Assembly (NCBI RefSeq): GCF_001194135.2 | Contig: NC_068998.1 | Coordinates: forward strand, 15,612,142 to 15,676,141 | Source of the DNA: Octopus bimaculoides | Taxonomy: Eukaryota | Reading direction: 5' to 3' | Length of the DNA: 64,000 nucleotides | Shown here: in pieces, positions 52,261 to 64,000 of the stretch | Layout of the letters: every line of letters begins with the position of its first letter | How positions within the stretch are numbered: the stretch's first letter is position 1 | Position numbers and translations under genes: made by a program | The notes under the pieces: model-generated | Told to the model about the DNA's origin: nothing | The model's input: the letters and a program-made list of their open reading frames with translations, nothing else | The model's database searches: none

Positions 52261-53559
52261 CCACCGCTTTCACTAACAAAAGAAACCCTCCCTATTCCGA
52301 AAGTTCACCAAAACACAAGCGTACACAAATCGTAGGAACTCAAGTACATATATCTGAAGCCTTTCCTTGATTCTGTTAAATAAAAAGAATTAAGTTTTTT
52401 GCAATCGACGTAACATGTTCATTTGATACATTTGATACCAGATTCAAGAGAAAGGAAGTGCCTTGTAATTAGCGTGGCATACATATTTGATACCGGAATC
52501 AAGAAGAAATAAAGAAATTAAAAAAGTAAAGAATAAGCGGAATATCTTGAAGCGTGACATTCTGTAATGCAAGAACAAAGAATCTTATTATATATTTGGC
52601 AGCGTTCTTAGAGTGTCTGAAAAATGCCTTGCGGTATTTTTTTCCGGCTGTTTACGTTCTGAATTCAAATACCACCGAGGTCCACTTTGTCTTTCATCTC
52701 TCTGGGTCCGTTAAAATAAAGTACCAGTCTAATGTCTTGTACTTGGGCTGATAGTGTCGATTAACTAGCTCCCTTCAAAAATTGCTGGCATTGAAATTGA
52801 GCCAAAATTTGAAGCCGTTATATAGGCACCGAACCGGTAGAATCGTTAAATGCGTCGGAAAAAGATGCTTAGCGGCATTTCTTTCGACTTTTTAGATTTT
52901 GAGTTCACATCCCGTCGAGGTCAGTTCAAGGTGCTACACGCTGGGACTGAATCCGGAATCATGTGGTTGGGAAGGAAACTTCTTACCACATAGCCACGCC
53001 TGCGCCTATTGTAAGGAACTGTATTAAAATTTAAAATTCTTAAAATATTTTGTGCATTGAAGAAGTTTAACCGATTTATTACACACAAATTTTAATAACA
53101 AAATCTTATATGGACCACAGTTGAGAAGCGCCGGGCCAAATCCTTCAAGGCAGTGCCCCAGTATGGCCACAACTCAATGACTGTAACTAGTGAATGACTT
53201 TAAAAGAAAAGTTAAAAGATAAAAGTGTCCGCTATATCAACTTCCCTATCCTTGAAATGTATGATGTATGTATGTATGATTCAATATGAAACATTGCACC
53301 TATGTTACGTTAAATCATTATTGGCAATTAACGTTTTATTTTTAATCTGACATGTAATGTTTCCTGTGTGTCGAGACGTAAAGGATATGGTTTCAAGAGG
53401 TAGTCGAGACGTGAATGAGTAGGAGGTGATGGCGTGAATGGGTAGGAGGTGACGGTATGGACAATAGTGAGGGTGAAAGGAAGAGGTGTGTGTGTGAGAG
53501 AGAGATTGTGTGTGAGCGTGTGTGTGTATGTATGTATGGGAAGGTACCCGTTTGGCTCA

Positions 53560-53695
53560 ATGTGTGTGTGTCTATGTGTGTCTCTATATTGGGCTGAATG
53601 TGTATGCGCATATGCATGTGTATCTACATGTTGGGCTGAATATATGTGTGTGTGTGTATGTATGTGTGTCTATGTGAATCACTATATTTGGCTGA

Positions 53696-53736
<41 letters not shown>

Positions 53737-54040
53737 TATGTGAGTCTCTATATTTGGCTGTATGTGTGTGTGTGTGTATGTGCATATGAATGTGTGTATA
53801 TATGTTTGACTGAATATGTGTATATGCGTATGTGAATGTGTGAATGTGTGTGTGTGTGTGTGTGTGTGTGTGGTGTGAATGAACCGGCTGTGTGTGTGTG
53901 TGTGGTATGAATGAACCAGCTGTGTGTGTGTATGGGCATGCGCGCGTATGTGTGTGAGTGTGCGTGTGTGTGAGTGTGCGTGTGTGCGTGTGTGTGTGTG
54001 TGTGTGTGTTTGTGGTGGGAATGAACCAGCTAATGTGTGT
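53560..54040. repeat. TG-rich array punctuated by recurring non-microsatellite motifs
   Basis: CTATAT(T/G)TGGCTGAATG-like motif about 5 times, then AATGAACC(A/G)GCT 3 times. Confidence 0.75.
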
Positions 54041-54627
54041 TACGTGTGTGAAAGGTGAAAGAGACAGGGAGGCCAACAAGGGGAAAGAGTAAGAGAGGAA
54101 TAGAGAGAACATTGTACGTGGGTATATGTGAGTGTATGTGGGTAGTGCTGTGTGCGCGTGCATATGCTTTTTTAAGTGTAAGCGTATATGAAATGAGTCA
54201 AGCATCCCTGTTGAGGTTTCCTGGTTGGCTTTGATGGTGCTAACAAGCCATGACGAAATTCTGAAATACGTTGCCGGTGGTAAGTGGCTGGGGTGGCTTA
54301 ACTAAACTAAATAAACAAATATAAAAAAATAAATCTCTTGGTGGAATTCTTAAATCTCAACTCGAAAATGATGGAAACTTCTCTCCTCCTCATCAAATCG
54401 TCAAACAATTTACTTACCTCAGTCCTACTGATTTACAGATGCCGATTAAGCCAGAAACTAATTACTTCCCCATTTTCAGCACGACAACATACAACGTACA
54501 CATATCCGCCCGTGCACATACAATATATGTGTGTGTGTGTGTATATATACACACACACACACACACTATACCGTGGGCATCGGTGCCATTTTCCTCTTCC
54601 TCCGTTTTTCCATTCTCCGAACTTTCT

Positions 54628-54666
54628 GTCTTTCCGATGAAGGGCTCCGCCCGAAACGTCATACAC
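54628..54666 (+). ncRNA. Minimal hammerhead-like motif in a Penelope-type terminal repeat
   Basis: CCGAUGA-A-GGGC UCC GCCC-GAAA-CGUC; U4 is replaced by C and stem I pairs only 4 of 6. Confidence 0.5.
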
Positions 54667-55189
54667 TCTCTCCTTCCTTTCTCGAGCGTCCAATAACACT
54701 ATCCGTATCACGTCCTCACTTTGTTGTTTTTTTGTTATTGTTTTTTGTGTTTTTTTGAACTTATATATATCTATATANNNNNNNNNNNNNNNNNNNNNNN
54801 NNNNNNNNNNNNNNNNNNNNNNNNNNNNNNNNNNNNNNNNNNNNNNNNNNNNNNNNNNNNNNNNNNNNNNNNNNNNNNNNNNNNNNNNNNNNNNNNNNNN
54901 NNNNNNNNNNNNNNNNNNNNNNNNNNNNNNNNNNNNNNNNNNNNNNNNNNNNNNNNNNNNNNNNNNNNNNNNNNNNNNNNNNNNNNNNNNNNNNNNNNNN
55001 NNNNNNNNNNNNNNNNNNNNNNNNNNNNNNNNNNNNNNNNNNNNNNNATATATAGTAACAGAGAAAGAGGAATTTCGATTATCACCACGTGGTAAGTTGT
55101 AATATATATATAAGAAATTTTAAAAAAAGGAAAATACACACACTTTACATAGTTTTAATATAAGTTTTGATATATCGATTCTCCTTGGC

Positions 55190-55500
55190 CTTGGCTGTCA
55201 GAACTTGTCTCTTTGCACCTCCAGGACGAGTGGCAGCAAAGGTCTTCATTCAAGGCCAGCGAATCCAACACCCATCTCTCTCACCAAAGCCCGGATTCCG
55301 TTGCTCGGATCTTCCATCACTTTGTCCTGCAGTTGTTGGATAAACTCCAGCATGCGGACGCAGTCAGAACGCCTGCCATGTCCCTGCAGGCCATGGCCTC
55401 GTAGCCTCCTTTGCAGCTGTCCATGTCAAGTCATACATCCTTTACAGTGCTAACAGATCATTGAGCAGCAGTCATGTTGTCAGCATCATGACACTGGTAA
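55190..55500 (-). mobile_element. Tc1/maT-like transposase N-terminal (HTH) fragment
   Basis: RRSDCVRMLEFIQQLQDKVMEDPSNGIRALVREMGV..LNEDL..QVLTAKAKEN with frameshifts. Confidence 0.6.
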
Positions 55501-56866
55501 CTTTTTTCTAATATTTAGATATCTGCCAGTCTTCCACGTCAGCTAACTTCTTTTCAACTACAGCTTTAATCTTTATGCTCTTCAACGCCGTCGACTGTTC
55601 CCCAATACATCACGCCGTTCCTGAAAAATAAAACAGAGACATAGAAGATAGTCAAATTTAGCCCGAACTCCCTGTATATGATTGATTTTAACGTTGTTAG
55701 GAGTGAATTTTATGTGAACATCACACTTTGAGACATTCCACATCTTGTCTCCAGTCCTTGTTGTGGTGTGGAGGCGTGTATGCCTCACTGGACCTGAGAA
55801 CTATGCCAGTGGAGCGCAAGTTCTGTAGGGCCTTCCATGCTAGATAGATCAAAGGATAGAGGCTAGACAATTATGGACCACCGGAGATTAAAATGGGTTT
55901 GTGTAGGGCCAACGTTACAGCAAGGTTACAGAAAAGCAATTTTACAGAAACATCGACGAGAAGTCAAAACCAACAAGATCTGGGAGAGTTTAAATACAGT
56001 CCAGAGTTAAGGACAGTAGAGATAAGTCTACAAGGAGCGGAGGGCGTAAGTGAAATAAGTAAACTTTGAGACATTAAGATAGGATAAAGATCCTTCCTGG
56101 GTCATATGAACTCATAGGATCGGTTTCCTGATTTCCGTAGCGTGTATATTTCCCACATGGATTGCACTCCAGTCCGTCTCAGGACTACTAATTTTTACCA
56201 GCTGAGTAGACTGGAGCAACGTGAAATGAAGTGTTTTGCTCAAGAACACAATGTGTCGTTGGGTCCAGGAATCGAAACGTCCTAACCACTAAGTCACGCA
56301 CCTCTACATTGAGACACTAATGGGCAATAATTTACGACCTAAAATAAAGTTGCCGACACGATTCTCGCATAAAAGTGCCCAGCTAACTAACCATTTGTTT
56401 TCCATAGTTTCTCGTACCCAGGGCCCGTGTTACGCAGTTGTGAAACTGTGCGATCGCTTGGGGGCACTTAAATCGTTGGGCGTCACATAGTTTACGTACA
56501 ATTTTGCCATCCAATTAAAAACACAAAAACTAGAAATAGAGAGAGCAGATAAATGTCATTTCCGGAACAAAGTAGGAAGGAGAACATGAATGGATATGGA
56601 AGAGGTGTGAGAGGCTCATGTAGTGTAATGACCTGGCGTGGAACATTTCAAATTACTGAAAACCCTCTTTTTTTTTTCCGCGAGGGCTTATATGCTGCAA
56701 TATCAGAATATTTTCTTTAGTCAATACATGGTGATCGCTTATATGCTTTAAGCTTGTAAAACATTTTTATTCAAAATTACGTCCTATAATAGATTTACTC
56801 AGTGATATACATGATCATAAAACTATATGTACACGGTCATAAAAACAGATTTCTTGATGGTAACGT

Positions 56867-57236
56867 GGAGGCGCAATGGCCCAGTGGTTAGGGCAGCGGA
56901 CTCGCGGTCGTAGGATTGCGGTTTCAATTCCCAGACCGGGCGTTGTGAATGTTTATTGAGCGAACACACCTAAAGCTCCACGATGCTCCGGCAGGGGATG
57001 GTGGCGAACCCTGCTGTACTTTTCCACCACAACTTTCTCTCACTCTTACTTCCTGTTTCTGTTGTGCCTGTAATTCAAACGGTCAGCCTTGTCACGCTGA
57101 ATATCCCCGAGAACTACGTTAAGGGTACACGTGTCTGTGGAGTGCTCAGCCACTTGCACGTTAATTTTACGAGCAGGCTGTTCCGTTGATCGGATCAACT
57201 GGAACCCTCGACGTCGTAAGCGACGGAGTGCCAACG
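56867..57236 (+). mobile_element. tRNA-derived SINE family E (head resembles tRNA-Arg)
   Basis: A box TGGCCCAGTGG, B box GGTTTCAATTCC, about 290-nt body, CpGs intact. Confidence 0.8.
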
Positions 57237-58569
57237 ACTTGTTGGTAAAATTAAAAATTTTCGACTACGTTTTCTTGCTGCTGTAAGGAGATTGATGGCT
57301 GGTAAGCTTAAAATAAGTTGGAAAAGGAAACTCTCTTTGTAAGACTGGAAGTGGGAGTATTTTTTAGGGCTGGCCTGGGACGCTGAAAATCCCTATATCA
57401 GCCAAGGCTGTTTTAGCAGCATTGTAAGCTTCCTGGTAAATCAATGCACTGGGCCTCGTAGTATTTATTAATTGACAGTAGCCACAGCATCCCTGGATCA
57501 GAACTGGTTCCTTAGACTCGTGAGGACCCTCGGCAACTACCCAGTGTGCCTCTGCTTAAAACGGCACTGGCACCAGCCCTACGCATACACTATTTCCCTT
57601 ACTTAAGTTTTATTCAAATGTTTTTCTGAACACTTGTACTATTTTGTATTTTTTCAAACGAATTGATAAAACCCCAAAATATTACAATTAAGGATAATCG
57701 ACATGTGACAATTCAGACAGAATTTAGATGTTGGTCAATTTACAATCTGAGCAAGCAGGAAAAGATATGATGCAACCGTTGCACTGCGGTATTGTTAATG
57801 TGAATAGTGCATGTCATTTTACAACTATCATACAGATAGAACACCCCCCCCCCAAAATCACTTAACGTCTTCGGATCCTTTTAAGTTTCATAAATATAAT
57901 CAGAAAAGAACCGGTGAGGATAAATGGAATTTGTTTCCGTGGTAAAAAAATAAAAATAAAAAAGTGATTGCATCATGCATATAGAACATTAGAAGGAAAC
58001 ATCTTTAAAAACAAATATCCAATCTTACAATCGATTAATAAGAAAATGTGTGCGAAATGCTAAGCATAACCAATACGCTACTCGATTATCTCAACACACA
58101 CACACACACACGCGCGCGTGCATGACGTGATGAACTATCAACGAAGTTCTCAATAGAAAATCGAAACCAAATATTCCTACTGATTAATTTTATTGGTGAT
58201 GATTGAGAGAGTGAAGATCGAAATCAAATTACCAAATTGCCGAACACTTTAACAGATATTTTCTTGTATAAAACACACTTTTGCAAACGTGCTCAATTTC
58301 TCCTCAAATGTCTCTCGCAAATCTTTTTTTTAGACAAAGAGCTTTCTATTTCTGTAGAAGAAAATACAAAAAGATAATGATTCGAAAGTGAAACGCAGTT
58401 TTGGCTCTGATGCTACCCCTATATGTTTATGTTTTCTCCAGTCCTTAAAGATACACCAACTGAGGCTCCGTGTTTACTCGCTAACCAATCTATCCAAATT
58501 TGTGTTTTCGTGATCCATCAAAACTCGTTAAAGTTATTCCCACTGAAAAAAAAAAAAAATCCTTTTTGA

Positions 58570-59140
58570 ACTATCAACCAATTTCTTTACTGCCAAGCGA
58601 ATCTAAATTATTTGAAACACTATATTTATTTCTAAACGAGAACAACATAATTCACAGAAGCTAGTATTATTTTCAGAGAATTCATTCCACAAAATATACA
58701 ACCATAGAATTGATAGAACCAATTTTATAGGAAATAAGTGAAAAAAAACAAAACAAAACAAAACAAAAAACACCTTTCAGAATATACTTGGACTTTTCAA
58801 AAGCTTTCGACAAAAAGCTATCAACCAGAGAGTTGATAGAACCAATTTTATCTGAGAAAATTGAAAAAAAGTACCCTTCAAAATATTCTTTTGACCTTTC
58901 AAAAGCTTTCGAAACATTTGATCATGATAGTCTGTTCTTTAAAATACATCATTATGGAATTAAAAACGTTTCAAAGTTACTTTAGTAATTGGTATCAATT
59001 ATTTAGCTGCATTCTTCCATTGGTGTTCCTCAAGACTCTATTCTAGAACTCTTTCTATTTGTTACTTATTTGAACGACATATCTACAGTCTCAAAATTGT
59101 TTTATTTCAGTCAAATATACAGATGGCACATCACTGATTT
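58570..59140 (+). mobile_element. CR1/L2-type LINE reverse transcriptase relic
   Basis: NYQPISLLPSESKLFE, duplicated DFSKAFD/DLSKAFE, IGVPQDSIL..LNDI and a degenerate YADD-like motif. Confidence 0.8.
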
Positions 59141-59186
59141 CCTCTTCTGCACTTTTAGTTCTGGTTCATATGCATATAGTATAAAC

Positions 59187-60239
59187 CAGATGTTCCCAAA
59201 CTTTTTCGCATTACGAACCAGTTTCATTCAAGACAATTTTTCCACCAACTGGGGTATTATGCGCATAACATCTCGCATTAAGGTGCATCATACATAATTT
59301 AATTATTACATATATAATGCAAATGTAATTATTATATTGTGTATTATGCCTTTTATTTATACTATTATTTATAATACAACTAAGACGGTGAGCTGGCAGA
59401 ATCGCTAGCTCGCCGGGAATAATGCTCTGCGACATCTCGTCTGTCATTAGGTTCCGAGTTCAAATCCACTGAGGTCGACTTTGCCTTTCATTCTTTTGGG
59501 GTTGATAAAATAAGTACCAGCTGAATAGCACTAGGGTCAATGTAATCGATTTACCCCTCCCCACAAATTACTGACCTTGTGCTATAATTTGAAACCAATA
59601 TATATAATCTTTTTTACTCTAGGCACAAGGCCCAAAATTTTGGGGGAGGGGGCCAGTCGATTAGATCGATCCAGTACGCAACTGGTACTTAATTTATCGA
59701 CCCCGAAAGGATGAAAGGCAAAGTCGACCTCGGCGGAATTTGAACTCAGAACGTAACGGTAGACGAAATACCGCTAAGCATTTCGGCCGGCGTGCTAACG
59801 TTTCTGCCAGCTCGCCACCTTNNNNNNNNNNCGTAAAGACAGACGAAATACCTCTAAGCATTTCGCCCGACGTGCTAACGTTTCTTATTTCTTTATTGTC
59901 CTCAAGGGGCTAAACATAGAAGGGACAAACAAGGACAGACAAAGGGATTAAGTCGATTACATCGACCCCAGTGCGTAACTGGTACTTAATTTATCGACCC
60001 CGAAAGGATGAAAGGCAAAGTCGACCTCGGCGGAATTTGAACTCAGAACGTAACGGTAGACGAAATACCGCTAAGCATTTCGGCCGGCGTGCTAACGTTT
60101 CTGCCAGCTCGCCACCTTAAACCAATATATATATATATAACACAACTCAAAATCTAAAATGTTATTCTCTCTGTGCGGCCCGGTACTAAATGATTCACAA
60201 CCTGGTACTGGACTGCGGCCCGGTGGTCGGAGACCCTTG
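59187..60239. mobile_element. hAT (Charlie-like) non-autonomous element containing nested family-B SINEs
   Basis: 8-bp TSD GTATAAAC (59179-86 and 60240-47); imperfect termini CAGATGTTCCCAAAC / GTCGGAGACCCTTG. Confidence 0.75.
59615..60118 (-). mobile_element. SINE family B (GGTGAGCTGGCAGAA..GTTCAAATTCCGCCGAGGTCGAC), young copies
   Basis: Older copies at 3037-3240, 7260-7420, 22530-22715, 24150-24330, 52590-52930 and 59385-59600. Confidence 0.85.
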
Positions 60240-60873
60240 GTATAAACTATGAACTTTTAAATATATCAACAGAAGATAAGCTTTCACTCAGCGTCTCAAA
60301 AATATAATACATGCTCTTTCATCACCACGAACAAAGATTTTTCGGAATCAATTCTGCTACTTGTGTTTCATGTCAATAACAAGAATAAATTCATTCTTTT
60401 AAATTTCAAGAACTCATCATTGCTAAGAATCTTGAATTGAAACTGTACATCTATCTAACCTACAGACAAATACTAATGTATCTGGTGGTAGACATTATTA
60501 ACTTCTGGTGATAGTGTGTAATAGGGTTTCTCTGGATGATTAGCGAAGACAGCAGTAGTAAAAGCCATTTGTTGCTGTGGAGATACGAGTAGTAGTGAAA
60601 CTGGTTTTGTTTCTCATTTCGTTTTGTTATGTCTTGAGATGGCTCCCCTACCCATCCACTCCCAGACTACCGTTAATACCACCGCCATCTCTACTACTAC
60701 CAGCAGCACCGCCGAAGCCCTTCTCGCAACCACCGCCTCCCTCATTGTTTCTATTACTCTACCCATCCCCTCCAAACGTCTAGTTTTCCATGAAAAGCGA
60801 GACAATCTTATAAGTGTGTTTGTGTGCGTGTGTGTGTGTGGTGTGTGTATCTGTCTTGTCTTTCTCTCTTTCT

Positions 60874-60907
<34 letters not shown>

Positions 60908-61080
60908 ATCTATCTATTTATAAATATGGTTGTGTGGTTAAGAAGTTCACTTTGCAATGGCATGTGTTCAGGTTCAGTCCCACTGTGTGACACCCTGGGC
61001 TAGTATCTTCTACTATAGCCTCGGGCCAACAAATGTCTTGAGCGTGCATTTAGTAGGTGATAACTGTGAGAGGCCTGTCT

Positions 61081-61136
<56 letters not shown>

Positions 61137-62060
61137 CGTACGTGCTTGTATCTGTGTTTGTCCCCCACCATATTACATGACACTATGGAAACAATTCTTC
61201 GCAATCAGCTATGGAACACGTGGTGCTTCTTTGCTTACTATGCTAACAGAACTTCACGGTGATGTGTAAAATACTCGCTTCTGATTGGCTAAAATGTCCA
61301 AATTTTGCAAATTTTAAAGGCTAATTACTTTAAAAGCTAATAAATCTGTGAACCATAGCATTGAATTCATTAACTCAAATGATGGGACCCACATTCAACA
61401 AAAAGAGAGTACATGGGCATCTTTAAAGCGTAGAGACTCTTATCTTTAAAGCGTGGAAACTCTTTTCATGGTTGATTCTTATCTTTGTGAATTTATGTGA
61501 AGGAGATATAAGAAAAATGATTTATTTTATAAAATCCTAGAGCGTATTGCAAACTTTCGTTCTTGAATGTTTTAAACTAATAAATGTCTGTTCTAAGCAA
61601 TGTTTTGACTGTTATTTCTAGCAACTCCTGTTGGTTTGCTCGTAGCTTTTAAATATTTAATTTGCTCGCGAATGTTTTAATGTTTTCCACTGTTTACTGT
61701 AGCTATTTTGACATGCCGGTGCCACCCGCTTTCTCGCTACTGTGACAGATGATGGATGAGGCAGCGAACGCACTGTTTTCTGATTGGTTGAAAATTCTGA
61801 AAATTATCAAACTTCGAACACCTGTAACATTTTCGCAAATTCAATTTTTGTTTTTGTTTATAATATATGAATAACAAATTTGGTTTCAGCATAAAAAATT
61901 ACGTCTATGTGATANNNNNNNNNNNNNNNNNNNNNNNNNNNNNNNNNNNNNNNNNNNNNNNNNNNNNNNNNNNNNNNNNNNNNNNNNNNNNNNNNNNNNN
62001 NNNNNNNNNNNNNNNNNNNNNNNNNNNNNNNNNNNNNNNNNNNNNNNNNNNNNNNNNNNN

Positions 62061-62092
<32 letters not shown>

Positions 62093-62930
62093 ACACACAC
62101 CACACACACAGAGTGAAAGAGTTTGTATTACGTGACGTTCGCTTCTTTGGTTAGTAACTGGAGATCATTAACAGTTCAGCATCTTCTGAGAGCATCACAC
62201 ATACTCTCTCTCTTTCTCTCTCTGTCTCTGTGTTTCTCTGTCTGTCTGTCTGTCTCTCCCCAGTAGTGCCGGAAAGCATTGATACAATCAAGGAATACCC
62301 AAGTTCTTTTGGCCCGCATTGTAACGCATTTTTATTATTCATGCATGTCACAGTCTTCGGCTACCTCCATTTTTCAGACCTTGTCATCTGTGTGAGAAGT
62401 CTAACATCTTATTACATTTTCGTAACAGCAGTAAACCATCAGTAGCCAGCCGTTCCTTCATTTTCTTCTCGCCAGTCTCAGAAGCCGTGAATAAATCATG
62501 GGCGCTGCCAATCCTTCTTTGATTAAGTCATGAAATGTGGGAGAATATATTTGCGGCTTGTGAAATACAAAAAACAAAAAACAAAACAAACCAACCAACA
62601 AACAAACAAATCAAAAGCAAAAAAAAAACAAAAAACCCCCAAACCATTTGAGGATGTTGAAGAATTTACTGGCTTGAAGAATATATCTTCCAGGTAAGAA
62701 TAGGCCGTGTGGTTAAGAAGCTCGTTTTGGAACCACGGTGTTTCAGGTTCAATCCCACGTCATAGCACCTTAGTCAAGTGTCTTCTACTATAACACCGGG
62801 TCGACCAATAACCTTGTGAGTGAATTCGGTTGATGGAAGCTGAGTGGAAAACCGTCGCGCGCTCGCGCATGTGTTTGTTTGTATGCGTATATAAGTATAT
62901 TACATGAGCTTATGTGTGTATGTATGTATG

Positions 62931-62987
<57 letters not shown>

Positions 62988-63669
62988 GTGGATGTATGTA
63001 AATATATATATATATGTGTGTGTGTGTTTGTATGTGTGTGTGTGTATGTGTGTGTGTGTATGCGTGTGTGAGTCTGTGTTTGTTCTCAAACACTGCTTGA
63101 CAACCGGTATTGGTTTGCTTATGCTCCCATAAGCTTGCGGTTCGGCAAACAGACCGACAGAATAAGAACCAGACTTACGAGTAAAACCAAATACTGAATA
63201 GATTCCTTCGACTAACACTCTTCACGTTGATGCTCCAGCATTGCCGCAGTGCAAAGACTGAAACAAGTGCAGCCTAAATGTCAACTGGACATCTTCGACA
63301 AGATAAAACTTCAAGTGAAATGATAAACCAAGTCTAATCACCAACCTTTCAAGTGCAAGCAGCGAGGATTCTTTAAGCGCCCTTTATCTTCTGTTCGTAA
63401 TAGTAGAAGTTGCTTCTTGTTGATAACATCGTACCCTTCATTATTTCCCGGCCAGATTTTGGTAATGAGAACTTGGCTCGAGATGGACGACTATGGCATT
63501 CCTCTTTCATTATTCAAACTGGGTTTTAGCATGAGAGCCTTTCCTTCGAACTTCCGAACTAATATCTACGTCTCTTATCATTGCTTGCACTCTCATGCAT
63601 TGGCATTCTCCAGCAGTGTCAATCTTATTCTTTGTGCGGTGATCAGGTGATTTTGTTAATGCTTTAGAG

Positions 63670-63948
63670 CTGGGGTTTTCAAACTTTTTGACTTGCGGAC
63701 CCCTTTATATTTCAGGCTTTACCTTAGGGACCCCCTTATAAACGCTTATGAAATTTATACATAAATATTTGCTTAAAATAACATATATCTTTACATTTAT
63801 TTATTTAACAGTATTTTACAAATAAGTTCATTGTCAATTAAAAGATTTCGATTAAAAAATATATATAAAATCAAATTGCCCATAAAAAGTATTTGCTGTC
63901 CACGGACCCCCTGTCTTGTCCTTGCGGATCACAGTTTGAAAACCCCTG
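63670..63948. mobile_element. hAT MITE
   Basis: TIRs C(T/A)GGGGTTTTCAAACT; 8-bp TSD CTTTAGAG at 63662-69 and 63949-56. Confidence 0.92.
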
Positions 63949-64000
63949 CTTTAGAGGAAGAAGAGTGTGCTTCCAAGAACACATTTAGCGCAAGCGCTTT

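Noticed and set aside
54420-54465. CTGATTTAC..GAAACTAATT hammerhead-like fragment
   Set aside because: Lacks the CUGANGA core and a stem II.
56867-56945. tRNA gene
   Set aside because: No acceptor stem or terminator; it continues into a SINE body.
59681-60118. Identical ~140-bp direct repeat
   Set aside because: Flanks a 10-N gap and is likely an assembly overlap or mis-join of young SINE copies.
60624-60923. Thr/Ala-rich 99-aa ORF
   Set aside because: Low-complexity, ends in microsatellites, and has no splice or homology support.

Overview
AT-rich, repeat-dense animal genomic DNA with 10 N-gaps. The SINE/microsatellite landscape looks like an octopod cephalopod (inference from pattern recognition, not a database match). 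Two housekeeping genes were reconstructed by hand with consistent GT-AG phases and sit head-to-head. LSM7 is on the minus strand (exons 13390-13285, 12423-12352, 10974-10835, plus a candidate poly-Gln first exon 16139-16035). ATP5PB/ATP5F1 is on the plus strand (8 exons, 19580-31750, 266 aa). A third, unrecognised minus-strand gene is represented by one well-bounded exon (1899-1552) encoding a signal-peptide-like segment and a Cys-free Tyr/Trp/Phe/Gly/Asn-rich region. No gene was identified in 32-64 kb, which is dominated by SINEs, mariner/Tc1 and hAT derivatives, LINE relics (R4-like RLE, Tx1, CR1/L2, RTE), a Penelope-like fragment, a solo LTR and satellites. Main leads: the secreted aromatic-rich protein, the polyQ-extended LSm7, three distinct minimal hammerhead-ribozyme motifs plus an HDV-like fold, a replicated two-left-end foldback mariner, and an RLE retroelement apparently targeting (CATA)n.
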